DNA of 63,974 nt, filler included, from Catajapyx aquilonaris (taxonomy: Eukaryota), in assembly GCA_000934665.2 (NCBI GenBank). It is 3 parts of 3 records of this genome, joined end to end, with 100 filler letters (N's around TTAATTAATTAA, not from the genome) between each part and the next. Parts side by side here need not be neighbours in the genome. Positions count along the whole stretch, not along the records: positions 43,249 to 63,974 come from KZ539497.1; 2 more parts are not named here. One strand, written 5' to 3'. Positions within the stretch are counted from its first letter, which is position 1. Every line of letters begins with the position of its first letter. The notes under the pieces were generated by a model. That model saw only the letters and a program-made list of their open reading frames with translations, did not search any database and was not told where the DNA came from. The translations under genes were made by a program, and so were the position numbers. Below are positions 52,006-63,974 of this stretch, piece by piece.

Positions 52006-53179
52006 TATTATCATTGAATTTTTTGTTTGATGTAATGGTAACTGTCTGACATGGAAATAAAGAGCATTTTAAGACCCAGCAGTAATAAAAGCCATGGATA
52101 TAATGAAATAGGAGTTTGTAGTACCGGTATGTAGAATGTAGGAGTACTCAGGGAGCACACTTGTCATATAGGTGTTAATGTTTCATATACTCCTCTTTGA
52201 ATGGTCATCTGACATGTGAGTGAGATTTAGTCTGTCACTTCCAGGCAGGCAGGCAGGCCAAATGGTCATAATGAGCTTGGTCCAAATTATGTGGAGAGGG
52301 TACAATTTCATGGATACAAATAAGCGTTCAAAATATTTTTGTAGTTCAACCCTGTCCTATACCCTGGAAATGTGTTCATTGTTTGTTTTTTAAAATTGTC
52401 AAACCAAGCGATTTTTGGTATGTGCAGGTTTCACTGTATGATGTGATTCAACAAGGATGACCCAAGAGCTATTCGATTCTATCAATTTTTGTCTGGTATA
52501 AAAGCGACACCAGATAAGGTGAAATCTTTCCTGACACTGTAAAAAATAGTTTGAAGTCTAATAACTTGTGGATATTTAATAGGCCACAGCTTGGCCCCAT
52601 CCAATGGTGGTATTCCATCCCCCTAATGGAGCGCCGATTCTCCCAATGGAGTAAAATAAATAAAATAAATAAAAATAAATATCTTGTGGATATCCTTGTT
52701 AAAACACTAATTTACATAGTCATACTACAAATAAATTATATTTAACAATTATTTCCTTCTCTTGATATGTACAAATAGATCACAGAGTAAGCGTATAAAT
52801 GTGGGGGTTGGGCCACCTAATGTTCATAATACCTCCAAACTAATGTCATTTTGACTTCTATTTGCAGGTCCCACCGTACACAGATTTCATTATGCATGAC
52901 ACTTTACATGAAATAGTACACATGCCAGCCACTCTTAGAATGAAGGCAACAAGTACGCGAAATTTTTTCAAATGTCAATTTATACAATAAATATTGTCTG
53001 CAAAAATTTAAAAACTGTGATGTACAATGTATGAATTACTTAATGTTGTACTTCAAAGTCAGGCAGACGTCCATTTAGGTCAATATTGGCATTCACAAAA
53101 ATTAAACAAACTTCAATTTGGCTTCCGCAACAATAGAGAACTATTACTGTACTTGGGTTTTCATGCCTCACCTCTAAAT

Positions 53180-53386
53180 ATCCAGGTACCTTTTGTTATT
53201 GCAAATTTTGCCAGAAGTTTTTATTTTTTGTACAGCTTTATGCATCTTGATTGAGATGCCCAATTATATTGCAGTTGCTACATTTGAGCGCACCTGGGAA
53301 TTATTGGGCATCATCACCGGGGTGCAAAAAGCTACACAAAAATAAAAACTTGGGTAAAATTTGCCATAACAAAAGGAACCCGGATA
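53180..53386. repeat. Degenerate foldback inverted repeat
   Basis: TATCCAGGTACCTTTTGTTATTGCAAATTTT... pairs with ...AAAATTTGCCATAACAAAAGGAACCCGGATA. Confidence 0.55.
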
Positions 53387-54216
53387 TTTGGACCATAATG
53401 TATTAATACTGTAGGCCTACTTCATGGACATACCTTCACCCACTGTCATATTTGTCTCAACATGTTATAATGGCTTTAAAAATTCAAGATAACACATCAC
53501 ACACACCATATTCCTCACTGTTAAAGAACTATTCAAAATGTGTGCATGATGAACACTGCCTCACCAATGGATAAAATATTGTGCTTTCCTCACTAGCTCT
53601 CCACCTTGCCCAAGGTATATTTAAAATAACCTATATACAGGGTGGTTTAAAAAGAATGCCCCGATATTAAAACCCTATAACTCGAAAACTTGTAGACATA
53701 TCTGAATGATTTTAGTTTTGGAATGCTAGGAAAGGTCTGAAGTTTGGGTCTTACCTTGATAATTCAAATAAAAAGTCGCCTCATCTATGAAACAAACCTG
53801 CCATAGGAATGTTTCATTTGTCCAGGCGATAAATGTATGGTGAAAAGATTTGGCATCCCCAGCATCCACGGGATAAGATTGCAACGGTAACGCCACACAT
53901 CTGAGAAGGGTACGCACGACACCGATTACCGTATTTATATTTTCCTAGCAACAAATGGAGCTCATATCGAAACAAACTATGGTAAGACCAAAACTTTAGA
54001 CCAGCGTCTCTCAACCTTTTTACCCATGCGGAATCCTTGAAATTATATTCATGTCTCAGGGACCTACATTAACATTAAGTGTCGAATTTTCGCCCCACTG
54101 CACTGCTAGATACTGCTAACTTAGGCAGTACCAGTACCAGCACCAACACTGGTACTGCTCAGTTAGCACTAACTAGCAATGGGACGAAACTTCCACCCTA
54201 AGTTATTAAATATGCT

Positions 54217-54346
54217 AGGCTCAAACACGGAAAACGATCAATGAGCGAAAAAAACGACCATGTTGCAAAATGCTTAGTTTGAAAACGACCATTTCGCGAT
54301 TTTTTTCTTTTTTCGCTCAATTAGCGTTTTCGGCGTTTGAGCCTAA
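54217..54346. mobile_element. Small MITE-like inverted repeat
   Basis: TAGGCTCAAACACGGAAAACG..TGAGCGAAAAAA / TTTTTCGCTCA..CGTTTTCGGCGTTTGAGCCTA. Confidence 0.6.
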
Positions 54347-56174
54347 CAGGGGTTGGACAAAATAATAGGAACACTCGCTAAAGGAGGTTGAAAGTTCCGT
54401 GTCTGTTTTATACAAAAACAGGAATTGGAAAACTTACGGCAGTACAGTCTAGTTCAGTTGGAGCATGCTCCTCCAAGACATTCTGCTGACCTGCCAGTGA
54501 GTTAAATTTCCAGATCCATGTTTTTTCGCTGCCACACAACTGGCTCTATTCAGTATTTTCACTGCCAAGTCAACCTGCTACTGTTTGGAATGCCAGCTGC
54601 CAAGGGGTACGCATGTTAGGTGCATCAACATACCGTTTGAAAAGACATACCGATTGAACATAAAAACACAATTAATTCTTAATAATGGAATTTAATAATC
54701 AGTGTGAGCTTGGAGCTTGGCAAAGCCACAACAAAGTTTGTAGGCCTGCTGTGTCACAAGAAGGAAAGTAAATGTTGTGGATACAAAACCCACAATACGT
54801 GCTCAGCTAGCTACGCTTGCAATTATCGTAACTAAAATCATTGGGCAATGCAACGGACTGTGCCTGGCAGGGCCACAAGATGGACAGTACTGAGGCAGTC
54901 CCCCCAAAGCCATGCAGATAACACCAACAAAACAGGCATACAACATAAAGTGACAGCAGTGAAAATATGGCAGCCAACTGCATCACAGCAATTAAGTTGC
55001 GTGGGAGCCTATTGATGGGATACCTCAATTTTCTGGCAACATCAATGGCTGACAACCAGGCATCTGGGGTCCTACTCTTATGAACCTTAACCACATGCCT
55101 GCAATTCCTGTCAGATGGAACAGTACCCAACTTAGGGAAATGGGGCTCAAGTGGGCTTTACACAGGCACTTTGACATGGACTCTATCCAACTATGAAGGA
55201 TCATACCCCCTTTTCAGACAAAAGTCAACTCCCTGATGTCCTCAGCCCCCCCCCCCCCCCCCNATCCCCAACACCCGATCCCTATCGCCTCTGCCCCACT
55301 CAGGTCAGGGGGGATAAGTTTTGGTGAAGGAGGTTGTGGTGTGGTGGGCAGGAGGTTGAGGATCAGGAGTCTGATGGGGAGATGCCGCAAGCCATTCAGA
55401 GAGCCGCTCACATCCAACGGTCCCTTCACACAGCCACTTCAATGTTATCCCCTGCCAACTCTCCGATCTCCGAACAGCCCAGGAGACCAAAGCTGGCCTC
55501 CCTGGCTCCAATGTCGAATACAACATGGAATGCCATTTATACAGAGGGTTCGATGGTCCAATCCTTGTTGGACAACCAAAAATCACACTGTGTAAAGCCC
55601 ACTTTACTGATGCACTCAATGGTTCCTAGTGTGAGCCAAGACATACATTTTGTACACGTGAGATGGATATAGCTTTTTTTCTTTTTCTTCAATGCCAGAA
55701 TCAGATGAAAATACCAAGTTTCATCTGAAATTATTAGGAACAAACTCCACATAATATATCATGGCACAATAAAAAAGTGATCCTTGAATGTCCTTTCATA
55801 TGAAAATAGCCCTCCCCCTCCCTAACCTCATCATATACAGAATTCACAATCTGTGACTCCACCCTGTAAACAAGTTGACTCATCACCTAGGTAGTATATA
55901 GTTGCCATAGCTTTCACTTCTGTCCTCTAATTGTTGAACAGGGACAGTACTAAGGGAATGCCCTGGTGGACTTTGTCCGCGTGGTAACTCATCACCAAGA
56001 TTCATGTAGTACTACTTTCTCCCTGAGAGTGGCAGGAGTGTGCATAGGGAGAGCCTATGTCCCAACTGGCAGTGGCCTATCATACTATGTCCAAGTTGGG
56101 GGGTGGGCCAAGCAGTGTTGCCAAAATTTGGCAACAGGTCTGCTACCAGTCCCTCCATACTCCCTCGTCAACCT

Positions 56175-56380
56175 AACCTCCAGGGACACTGCACATGGCC
56201 CAGTTTCAGGCATTGCACCTGTCTCCCCTCCCCAAACATCCCCTTTCCCTTCCATATGTCCTTTCTCCCTTGCTAGTCCGAAGAAAATCAAGAAAACCAA
56301 GATGGAAAAATGGTGGTGTTCCACCCCCCTAAAGGAGCATTGTCTCCCAATGGCGTAAGTAAAATAAAATAAATAAAATA
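56175..56380 (+). mobile_element. Dispersed retroposon 3' end, copy 2
   Basis: Colinear similarity to 3565-3800, ending in an (AAAAT)n tail. Confidence 0.55.
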
Positions 56381-58009
56381 ATCACATTGAGTCTCTTGAA
56401 TGAAGAAAGAATGTTACAATGAGAGCATTCTCTCCCTATCCTCCTGTTTCATGTTCATTACAGGAGTAACACATGGGGTGGCAGGTGGGGGGTTTATTCT
56501 GATTTTGTTTCCTGGCTTCTCTTGCAATCTGCATTTCATGTCCCTATCATGGCAGATAAACTTGGGCAAAACTACATGTGCTTTTGTTATCATTCAGCAC
56601 TAAAAAAGTTTACATTCTTGAGTAAAACATACACACCATGACATCTGTTCCAACTCTTGTAGTTAGGCAATCTTGACAATGCAGCTAGAAGCAGTGAATT
56701 GGACCAAAAATATATATATCATCATAATATATTTTAATATATATTCTTAAATATTTACAAACACTGCAATTTGAAAACAACCACACCACTAAATCACCAT
56801 GTTTCATGACTGTGTGACTGAACAGAAGCAAGCTTTTGTCATTGAAACCAGACCACCTGGAGAAAACTCTTCATACATTTATTCACATTGTTTCAAAATT
56901 TTTAATCCACATCTATGTCATGCTACCATTTACCTAAGACTGACAAATGCGGCAATAATTTCACCCAAAAAATTCTATTTTGGAACCAGACTACTTTGAC
57001 AGGTCATGTCTCTATTGTGTGTTCCACTGACACCTGCAGCATGAACTCATGGACCAGTGCCAAGATCATATTTCTTGGAAGATTTACATTGAAATGGCAA
57101 ATATCTGGCCATTTTGTGCCATGTGTAATACAGATTGGCTGGTTCATTGAGGGGTCAGGCATTATGGGTCCATAGAAAATTTTGTCACCACTGTAATCAG
57201 TACCAACCAATAAAGCAATCTGGAAGAAATCTCAAATAGTGTATGACACAATAAGGGGAAAAGAGGATTTTGGAACATAAGAGGGAATGGGCAAATCCCA
57301 AGCAAATGATGGTAAAGAGATACCGAGCCGTTAGGTAGGACTTTTTCCGATGAGACAAAGTGTAGAAACTGATTACACACTTCAATGTGGTCTTATATGT
57401 GGTCGCTAATGTAATCACATTATGAACTCAATGAAAATGTTTTTTTTTGTAACTTTAAGATGTCATAACTTTTGCAAATATGGGCCTCCGCATGAAATAT
57501 TTCATTTTTGGGTATCATATATTGTCCTGTATTAGCATGTTAAATTTCATCAAGATCCGTCATTTTCACCCTGTGACCTTCCCTTGTGAGTATAGAGTTA
57601 GGCGTGCCTTCAGAATTTCAAGTGGTGCGTGGTCCTCAAGGAAAAAAAGGTTGGGAACCATTGGTCTAGTCATCCCACTGGCCAGCCAAGCAGGAGGTTC
57701 AATGATCAAATCTCGTCCCTGTCACCGTCGCTTGGGCGGGTCTTTTTCCACTTTTCACCCATGTCGTTTGGGCACACTTGCAGCCCTCCCATCTCTACCC
57801 AGGGCCAAGAAAAAAGGTCTGGATTTTCAGAGGGTCCAAAATGACTTGAAAACTATGCAAGAGCACCCTCCCTTGGGAACCTCCACCCTTCCCCATGCCC
57901 CTGGAACACAGCTTTTCACTGAATGTACTGAGCTCATACTGAGCATTATGTAATGATAATAATCAAGGTCTGTGCAATATACCCCACGAGAGATAACAAC
58001 ACTACCCAG

Positions 58010-58060
<51 letters not shown>

Positions 58061-58174
58061 GACTGCACCTTAAAACGAAATCATTACAAAATTCTTTTGA
58101 AAGAACATAGAAGCCCAATTTGGATGATCACTGGGATTTGATTCTACCATTTCCTGTATGATATTATGATATTA

Positions 58175-58333
58175 CAGTTGAATCCAGATATAACAGACTT
58201 CAAGGGATCATGGAATCGGTCTGTTACAACCAAATACACAAGCCATTTATAGAAGATATATAGGATCGCCCTTTCGAGTCTGTTATAACCAAAAGTCTGT
58301 TATAGCCAAGGCTGTTATATCCGGATTCAACTG
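58175..58333. mobile_element. Short pogo/Tc1-type MITE
   Basis: TA-CAGTTGAATCCAGATATAACAG...CTGTTATATCCGGATTCAACTG-TA; half copy at ~8968-8993. Confidence 0.85.
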
Positions 58334-59398
58334 TATTTATCACCAAGAAAAAGCCACTAAAACACGTTAACTTGAGGAACATGGGAGAAAGTGATGTCAG
58401 ACATACAGTACATTCCAATTGGAATGTTCAGAGTGACAGGTGAATTTTTTTTCACTTTTTAGCTGTTATTTCTGAGCAGTTCCTTTGGAACAGTGACTTC
58501 TAGCAGTTATCAAAAGTATTAGCTGCTAATATTAGGCCAAATTGAAACATGCATCCAAGTTTGTATTTGCAATGAATTTCTGATTGCGAATTGCCCAACG
58601 GTGGCATTGAATATCAACAACTGAACCCATTTTTTGCAGGCCAGAGCCCCCTGCAGGCACTTAAAAAGATGGGTCCACACAACCTGATATTAGCAGGTAG
58701 CATATGTGGTAACCTCTTAAGTAACTGCTGGAAAATAAATGCTTAAAAGTAAGCAGTATAGTGACAAAAAATCATTAACTTCTACAGACATTTCAATTGG
58801 AACAAACTGCATAGAATCATAGATACTATAGTGTAAATCACCTCAGTACATGCATACTCGTCAGAAGCCGATAAAAATAAAATCAGCGTAATTCTCCAAG
58901 TGAGGTAGTTCAGTCTACAAAATATTACAACACACTTGATTAACCAACTGCTGGCTGGGCAACAGTTGTTAGTAACATGGGTTTGTCAAACACCTGGAAA
59001 ATATACACTGAATTCCTGACAGCTGTTACTTGTGGCTGGTGATAAAGCACTTTTTCAATGGAGCCTTGTGATTTGCTAGGTCACCAAAAATGCTGAGAAT
59101 GCCCAATAATGACTAAAATGATACGCCTGCTTTATTATGCCTTGGCAAAGTGTACTTCAATTCATAACATTTCTTAGAAGCTAATGCATTTTCATGCCGT
59201 AGTTCATAATGAAAACTGACCCACCAAATCCTGCATTTCTTCAAACATGCAAAATTTTCGCCTTAAATTTCCATTATGCCTAATAAATGAAGTGGCAACC
59301 CAGTAACTTTCACAATAATTACAAGCCACCCAACACTTATAACTATTTTGTCTTCAAAAACCTTATGGACCCAAATACACCACCTCATTACCACCGCC

Positions 59399-60331
59399 TT
59401 ACAGCTGCGTTCCATCTATTGTGGACATCAGCCCGCTGCTTTTCAGGTCCGAAACACCGTCAGCTCTGCTGCTTGTCACCAGACCCTCCTCCTCAACTGT
59501 AAACAATGTGAAATGACATGGGGTTGTCACCCCAAGTCTGTTAGGTGGGTGTTCTGAATCACTCACTATCGGGACTGGGCTCTGTGGAGATTTGTCCTCG
59601 CATGTCGAAGAATGGCAACAGCTACTCGTGCACTGGGATGCTGTGGTGGCACTGCTAGTACTGTCACTTTCCGAGTCGACCGAGGAGACCGAGGGAGTGA
59701 TGGTGCGACAGCAATTTAACTGCAGCCGCTGCACTTGCTCCTCCTTCCGCAAGCGTTCATGCTCCTCTTTCCGCAAGCGCTCATTTTCCTCCATCAACCG
59801 CCTTATCTCCTCCTGGAAAATGCGTATCTTCTCTGCCATGTCTGGGTCCATCCTCATCTCCCCTCGACCCACCTCATCCTCCGAGTCAGTCCCTTCCTGG
59901 TTATGTTGCTGGGCTCTCACCATACGTAGCTGTTTCTCCATCTCATCCACCCTGTCCTCCATCTGAATATATTCTTGGATCAAGTCCGCCTTGCTCATGG
60001 AACTCAACCGCTCCGCATTCACATGGTCATACGTGTTGGAAAACTCCTTCGACTGGAATTCCCTGTTTCGAGGTGAGAAGTAGTGCCAGTAATCCTCCTC
60101 CGACTCAACACTAGTTACCGACACCACCTCTTCGGGGCTGAGTGGCGAGTCCAGCCGGTACGATTTATGCTGTTCCATCAAGAACTGAGTCGTGTTGTCC
60201 GGTGCTCCTTCCCTGTCCGGATGGTACCGTCTTCTTTTCGGTTTACCCCGTCTATTTTTCTTCCTCTTCCGCGGTTCTCCCGACTTAAAACTCCCGCTAC
60301 TTGAGGGCATCGTATTCAGTGCAGCTGACAT
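59399..60331 (-). CDS. Hexim: HEXIM-family P-TEFb regulator, divergent (PDNT instead of PYNT)
   Basis: Basic tract RKRKKNRRGKPKRRR, APDNTTQFLME, acidic region, and cyclin T-binding coiled coil EFQSKEFSNTYDHVNAERLSSMSKADLIQEYIQMEDRV...AEKIRIFQEEIRRLMEENERLRKE. First ATG at 60331; probable 83-bp GT-AG upstream intron 60445-60363. Confidence 0.9.
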   Translation of the reverse strand: MSAALNTMPSSSGSFKSGEPRKRKKNRRGKPKRRRYHPDREGAPDNTTQFLMEQHKSYRLDSPLSPEEVVSVTSVESEEDYWHYFSPRNREFQSKEFSNTYDHVNAERLSSMSKADLIQEYIQMEDRVDEMEKQLRMVRAQQHNQEGTDSEDEVGRGEMRMDPDMAEKIRIFQEEIRRLMEENERLRKEEHERLRKEEQVQRLQLNCCRTITPSVSSVDSESDSTSSATTASQCTSSCCHSSTCEDKSPQSPVPIVSDSEHPPNRLGVTTPCHFTLFTVEEEGLVTSSRADGVSDLKSSGLMSTIDGTQL

Positions 60332-63321
60332 ACCCCCAATCTCCGCCAATGGCACTCCCGATCTGAAATGACGTACTTGGGTGAGTGGGAGGGTGGTAGG
60401 GTGGGAGAGAGTGCGCGAGAGGCTGCTAGGTAGCTGCCTGCATACCTGTCAGAACCTACGGTTACAACGTCCCCGCCTGGAATGACCCCAAACGAGGAGC
60501 TGCGACTCCTTTACTTTGCCCACTCACCCCTTTAGCCCTCCGCCAACCAAAGGAAATAGGTCTTTGTTAGCATCACCTTTGCGGCCTGTGGATGTTATGC
60601 ACTCATTTTGACCACAGATGCACAACATTACGTGTTAACAATTTAGAATATGGTTAGAAATCAGAACGAGGCAAGGTTAGGTATCTTCCGGAATCATGCG
60701 GATTGATACATGCAAAATGCTTCCTTTTAACACCGACCTACTGTTTATATGGGGAGGCCAGTTCTCCTCACATGCCAATGAATCACACTTGCGGCGCTGT
60801 AACCAGGGGCAATCTCTTGTACCGTACTCACTGTCAGTAGTGTATATTGTAGTATTGAGCAGTATACTGACGTCGTGACGTGAATTGGCTAGTGAAGCAG
60901 GGCTGTGGTCACACCTAAATAGTTCTATATGCTGATTTTGGGCTTTACGAACAATAAGTGCATAGCAATGTTCTTTCTCAAGAAAGAATGACACGAGTCT
61001 GCATGACGAGATGGCAGCAATTTTTGTGCAATTTTTGTGTTTTGTGCTTGTTTATGTGTTGGCTATCCTGGGCGCTGCCAGGTAACCGGGGTTGTTTATT
61101 TGGCGTTATTCTGGAATCCACAGCACTGTGATCACGGGTCACGGTCGCGGTCCCACGGCCCCAGGGTCCCATGGCCGCACGGTCGGGGTCTTGGGAGGCG
61201 GGCGGGAGTGGGAGGTGCGTTGCGTTGTCTGGTGTATGTGAAAAGGTGTTTATTTGGGGTGATTGGGGGAAGGGGGGCGGATGAGGCAATGGCCACGACC
61301 CGGGCAACACTCCCCCGGGGGGATCATGGCAAAACTGTATAAATAATGCACATTTTCCAACTTTTCAGGGGAAAAATAACATTTTCGTTTGATCTGCTGC
61401 CATCCCGGTTCAAGTGACCCTATCAGCCACCAAATTCTAGTACACTATGCCAGCTGTCTCTAATTGCAACAGGAAAGGGGACCCCAAAGAGCTTAATACT
61501 AGGAAGAGTGGAAAAAACGGTTTCCAAGCGTCGCCACTTTTTGGCCAGTTGTTTAGTCAACGTGTTTGGCTGTCGGCCACTACGCGGCGCCACCGTCGAG
61601 TGCTGTCGTATTGAATTTCAATACACTGTGTTGATTTAATATCAAGAGGCACATAATTAAGAGTTATAAATCTAAAATCTGACCAATATGAGGTCGTATG
61701 GGGTTAAGGAACTTATATTGGACCCGAAACTGATATTCTGCGCAGCTGGCCACCCTGCACGTAACAATACAAATAATCACCTCGTTGCTTAGAAATCACG
61801 TTCGAATTTCGAAATTGAACAAGTTCCTTTGCCGGCATAGTGTGGCGTAGACGTTCGGGTGCCGCGTGCTACTACTGCTGTTCGCGCACAGGGTCACGGA
61901 TCACATTCTTTTCGTTACCAAAGGGCCCTCCACGGTTCTCGAGTTCACGGGAAGAAGAACAAGCCCGTCCCGCCACGACAAGATGGCAGCGGGGGGTATA
62001 TCTTCCTGTCATCAGTGTCATCAAGCTCTTGGTGTCATGTGACCATGTTCAGCATCATTTATATCAGTGTGTACCTTGGTGTGTATTGTATAGAGCAGAG
62101 TGTGGGATTGTAGTGGAAATCAATAAACTTCTGGCAAATAATATTTGCTTTTCGTGATGGTTTTTTATTCACAGGTCTTCTGCAACGTGTTTTGTCGGCA
62201 ATTTGACGGGAGTATACTAGTACTTATGACTTATTTCCAACCTCTGGGGCTTTTATTGCCATATTTCCGGCACTGCCTCGATCTACCGTATTGTACAATA
62301 CAGTATCGAGTTTGGCTGTCGATCGCCAGGTGGCAGGTCAGTCGATTGGAGACACGGTTGCTATGTTACCAGCTGTTTTTTCCACTCTTCCTAGTATTAA
62401 GCTCTTTGGGGGACCCGTTCTAACATGTTGGGCCGTTGATTTTATGTTTTTTTTGTTCTTGTACGGTCGGGAACAGGTACGAATCGTACGATCATCGCGG
62501 CTTGAAAAATTAGACCTAATGCAGGCTTAGAAAAAAAAGGCGTGATATAGCGAGGGGGAATAAATACTGCCGGGTGCGCAAGGAGGGGGCATTTTCTGGA
62601 GGATTCCGGGTCCCTTGTTCATCTGTAGGATTTATTTGCATATCGTCTTTCGCATAATTTTTTTTTGCAATTAATTGATGGGAGATTCCACGACAGAGCA
62701 TGCGAAATAAAACTCAATGTATGTTCACCCCCAATTTCTTGATCTCAATCAAATTTGGTAGGATAATTTATCGTCCATAAGGATAATAATATAAATCATT
62801 TTAAAAATTTAAACGTTTTAAATTTTAAGGGTCATTAGGGCACGTGCAATCAGTGGCTGATCCAGAAGTTTTTTCTGAGGGGGGGAGGGGGACAAGAGTA
62901 TAGTTGGGGGGTGGGCGTCTTCGGGCCCACATTTGTCGCTGACAGTGGTGCACGTAATATCTCCTGGGGAGGGGTGCAGCCGTGGAGGGCCCGCCGCAGG
63001 CGATAATTTTTCGGTTCAAGGTCACAACCCTTCCTCGCCACCCCCAATTTGGGGCATAACGGGGCCCAAATCGGAAAAGAAGAGGGTTTTTGCGAGTTTC
63101 TCCCCCGTTTTTTTTTCTTCTTATTTTTTTCCGTTTTTATCCCTCTGGGGAGCCCACCAAGAAGTAGAAGTGGTTTAACCCGATGAGTTGCTTCCGTATA
63201 GTCACCTTTTTGTTAAAGGGAGAGGCTTTTGGGTAAGGGTGGGAGAATGCAGTGGCCCTGTTGGCCACATTGTGTTATTGTTGCGTAACAACAAGAATAG
63301 TGTTCAGTCTAGAATAAAAGG

Positions 63322-63663
63322 TTAGAGAGAACTGACGTGTTCTGGAACTCGGGCACTGCCTCGTCTGGCCATGGTCCCTGCTGGTGGCAAGGGGTCCACT
63401 ACAATATTATCTATAATAAGATTACGCTTCTGCTCACCCTTCACGCGGATGTGGAGACTTGACACGTCCACTCCTTGAACCATGGCTTGATCGAACAGAA
63501 CTTCCTGACATTTCTGGAGGAAGGAGGGTCGACTGTTGTTGATGTACTCCTCTAGGTCATGCGGGAAGCGTCTGTGGACACTCCTGATGGCTTCGGCTAT
63601 GGTAGCGACTAGGTGGAACAGACTAGCGGTCTCCAGCGACTCGGGTTGGAGGTAAACAGGCAT
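63322..63663 (-). CDS. Uncharacterised 113-aa ORF preceded by a small 5' intron
   Basis: ATG two bases after a good acceptor (ttgtgttgcag|CCATG); donor actcag|gtgagc gives a 68-bp intron (63733-63666); GC-rich, protein-like composition. Confidence 0.5.
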   Translation of the reverse strand: MPVYLQPESLETASLFHLVATIAEAIRSVHRRFPHDLEEYINNSRPSFLQKCQEVLFDQAMVQGVDVSSLHIRVKGEQKRNLIIDNIVVDPLPPAGTMARRGSARVPEHVSSL

Positions 63664-63974
63664 GGCTGCAACACAACAAAAGCCTCGACATATATTATTT
63701 TGACCCTCTTAATGCGTCACGAACACTGCTCACCTGAGTATGCTGAAAGGTTATTCTGGTATAGAGATGGATGTGATGCGATATGTTATGATTGCATCAC
63801 TTTATAGTCCAAAACGACTTGGGTGATTAATTTGGAGGGAATTACAGTCTGGTTCTTCCGGAGTTTTAAATATGAGTTCGTGTACATTGCTCGTATCTAT
63901 AGAATAATTTACAACAATGGCCAGGGGCGCCAGTACGACACGGGACATCGACAGATCAGGCAGCATATACTACA

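Noticed and set aside
59592..59966. Plus-strand ORFs overlapping HEXIM, and minus-strand ORFs over the NAV exons
   Set aside because: Antisense shadows of real coding sequence with no independent motifs.
60400..63300. Search for a 7SK or other Pol III ncRNA gene near HEXIM
   Set aside because: No recognisable 7SK 5' stem with a matching terminator could be supported by eye; a covariance-model search would be needed.

Overview
Eukaryotic (animal, probably arthropod) genomic DNA. The window is three unrelated pieces joined by artificial 100-bp spacers (44 N + TTAATTAATTAA + 44 N at 21614-21713 and 43149-43248), so linkage across the spacers is not biological. Piece 1 (1-21613) is CpG-poor and transposon-rich. 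It holds an internally deleted Ty3/Gypsy-type LTR element carrying an apparent captured Homer coiled-coil fragment, plus hAT, Tc1/mariner/pogo MITEs, tRNA-derived SINEs, LINE remnants and a decaying multi-exon gene whose first visible exon resembles the Shugoshin coiled coil. Piece 2 (21714-43148) is CpG-rich and holds eight in-phase exons of a neuron navigator (NAV/sickie/unc-53) gene, a probable alternative first exon in its long intron, and a CRE/YY1-motif tandem array. Piece 3 (43249-63974) holds the first coding exon of a kinesin followed by a consensus U12 AT-AC donor (ATATCCTTT), many MITEs including a nested cluster, a HEXIM gene whose PYNT motif reads PDNT with about 30 aa missing just upstream, and a small orphan ORF. 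All protein assignments come from motif recognition by eye; no database searches were run.
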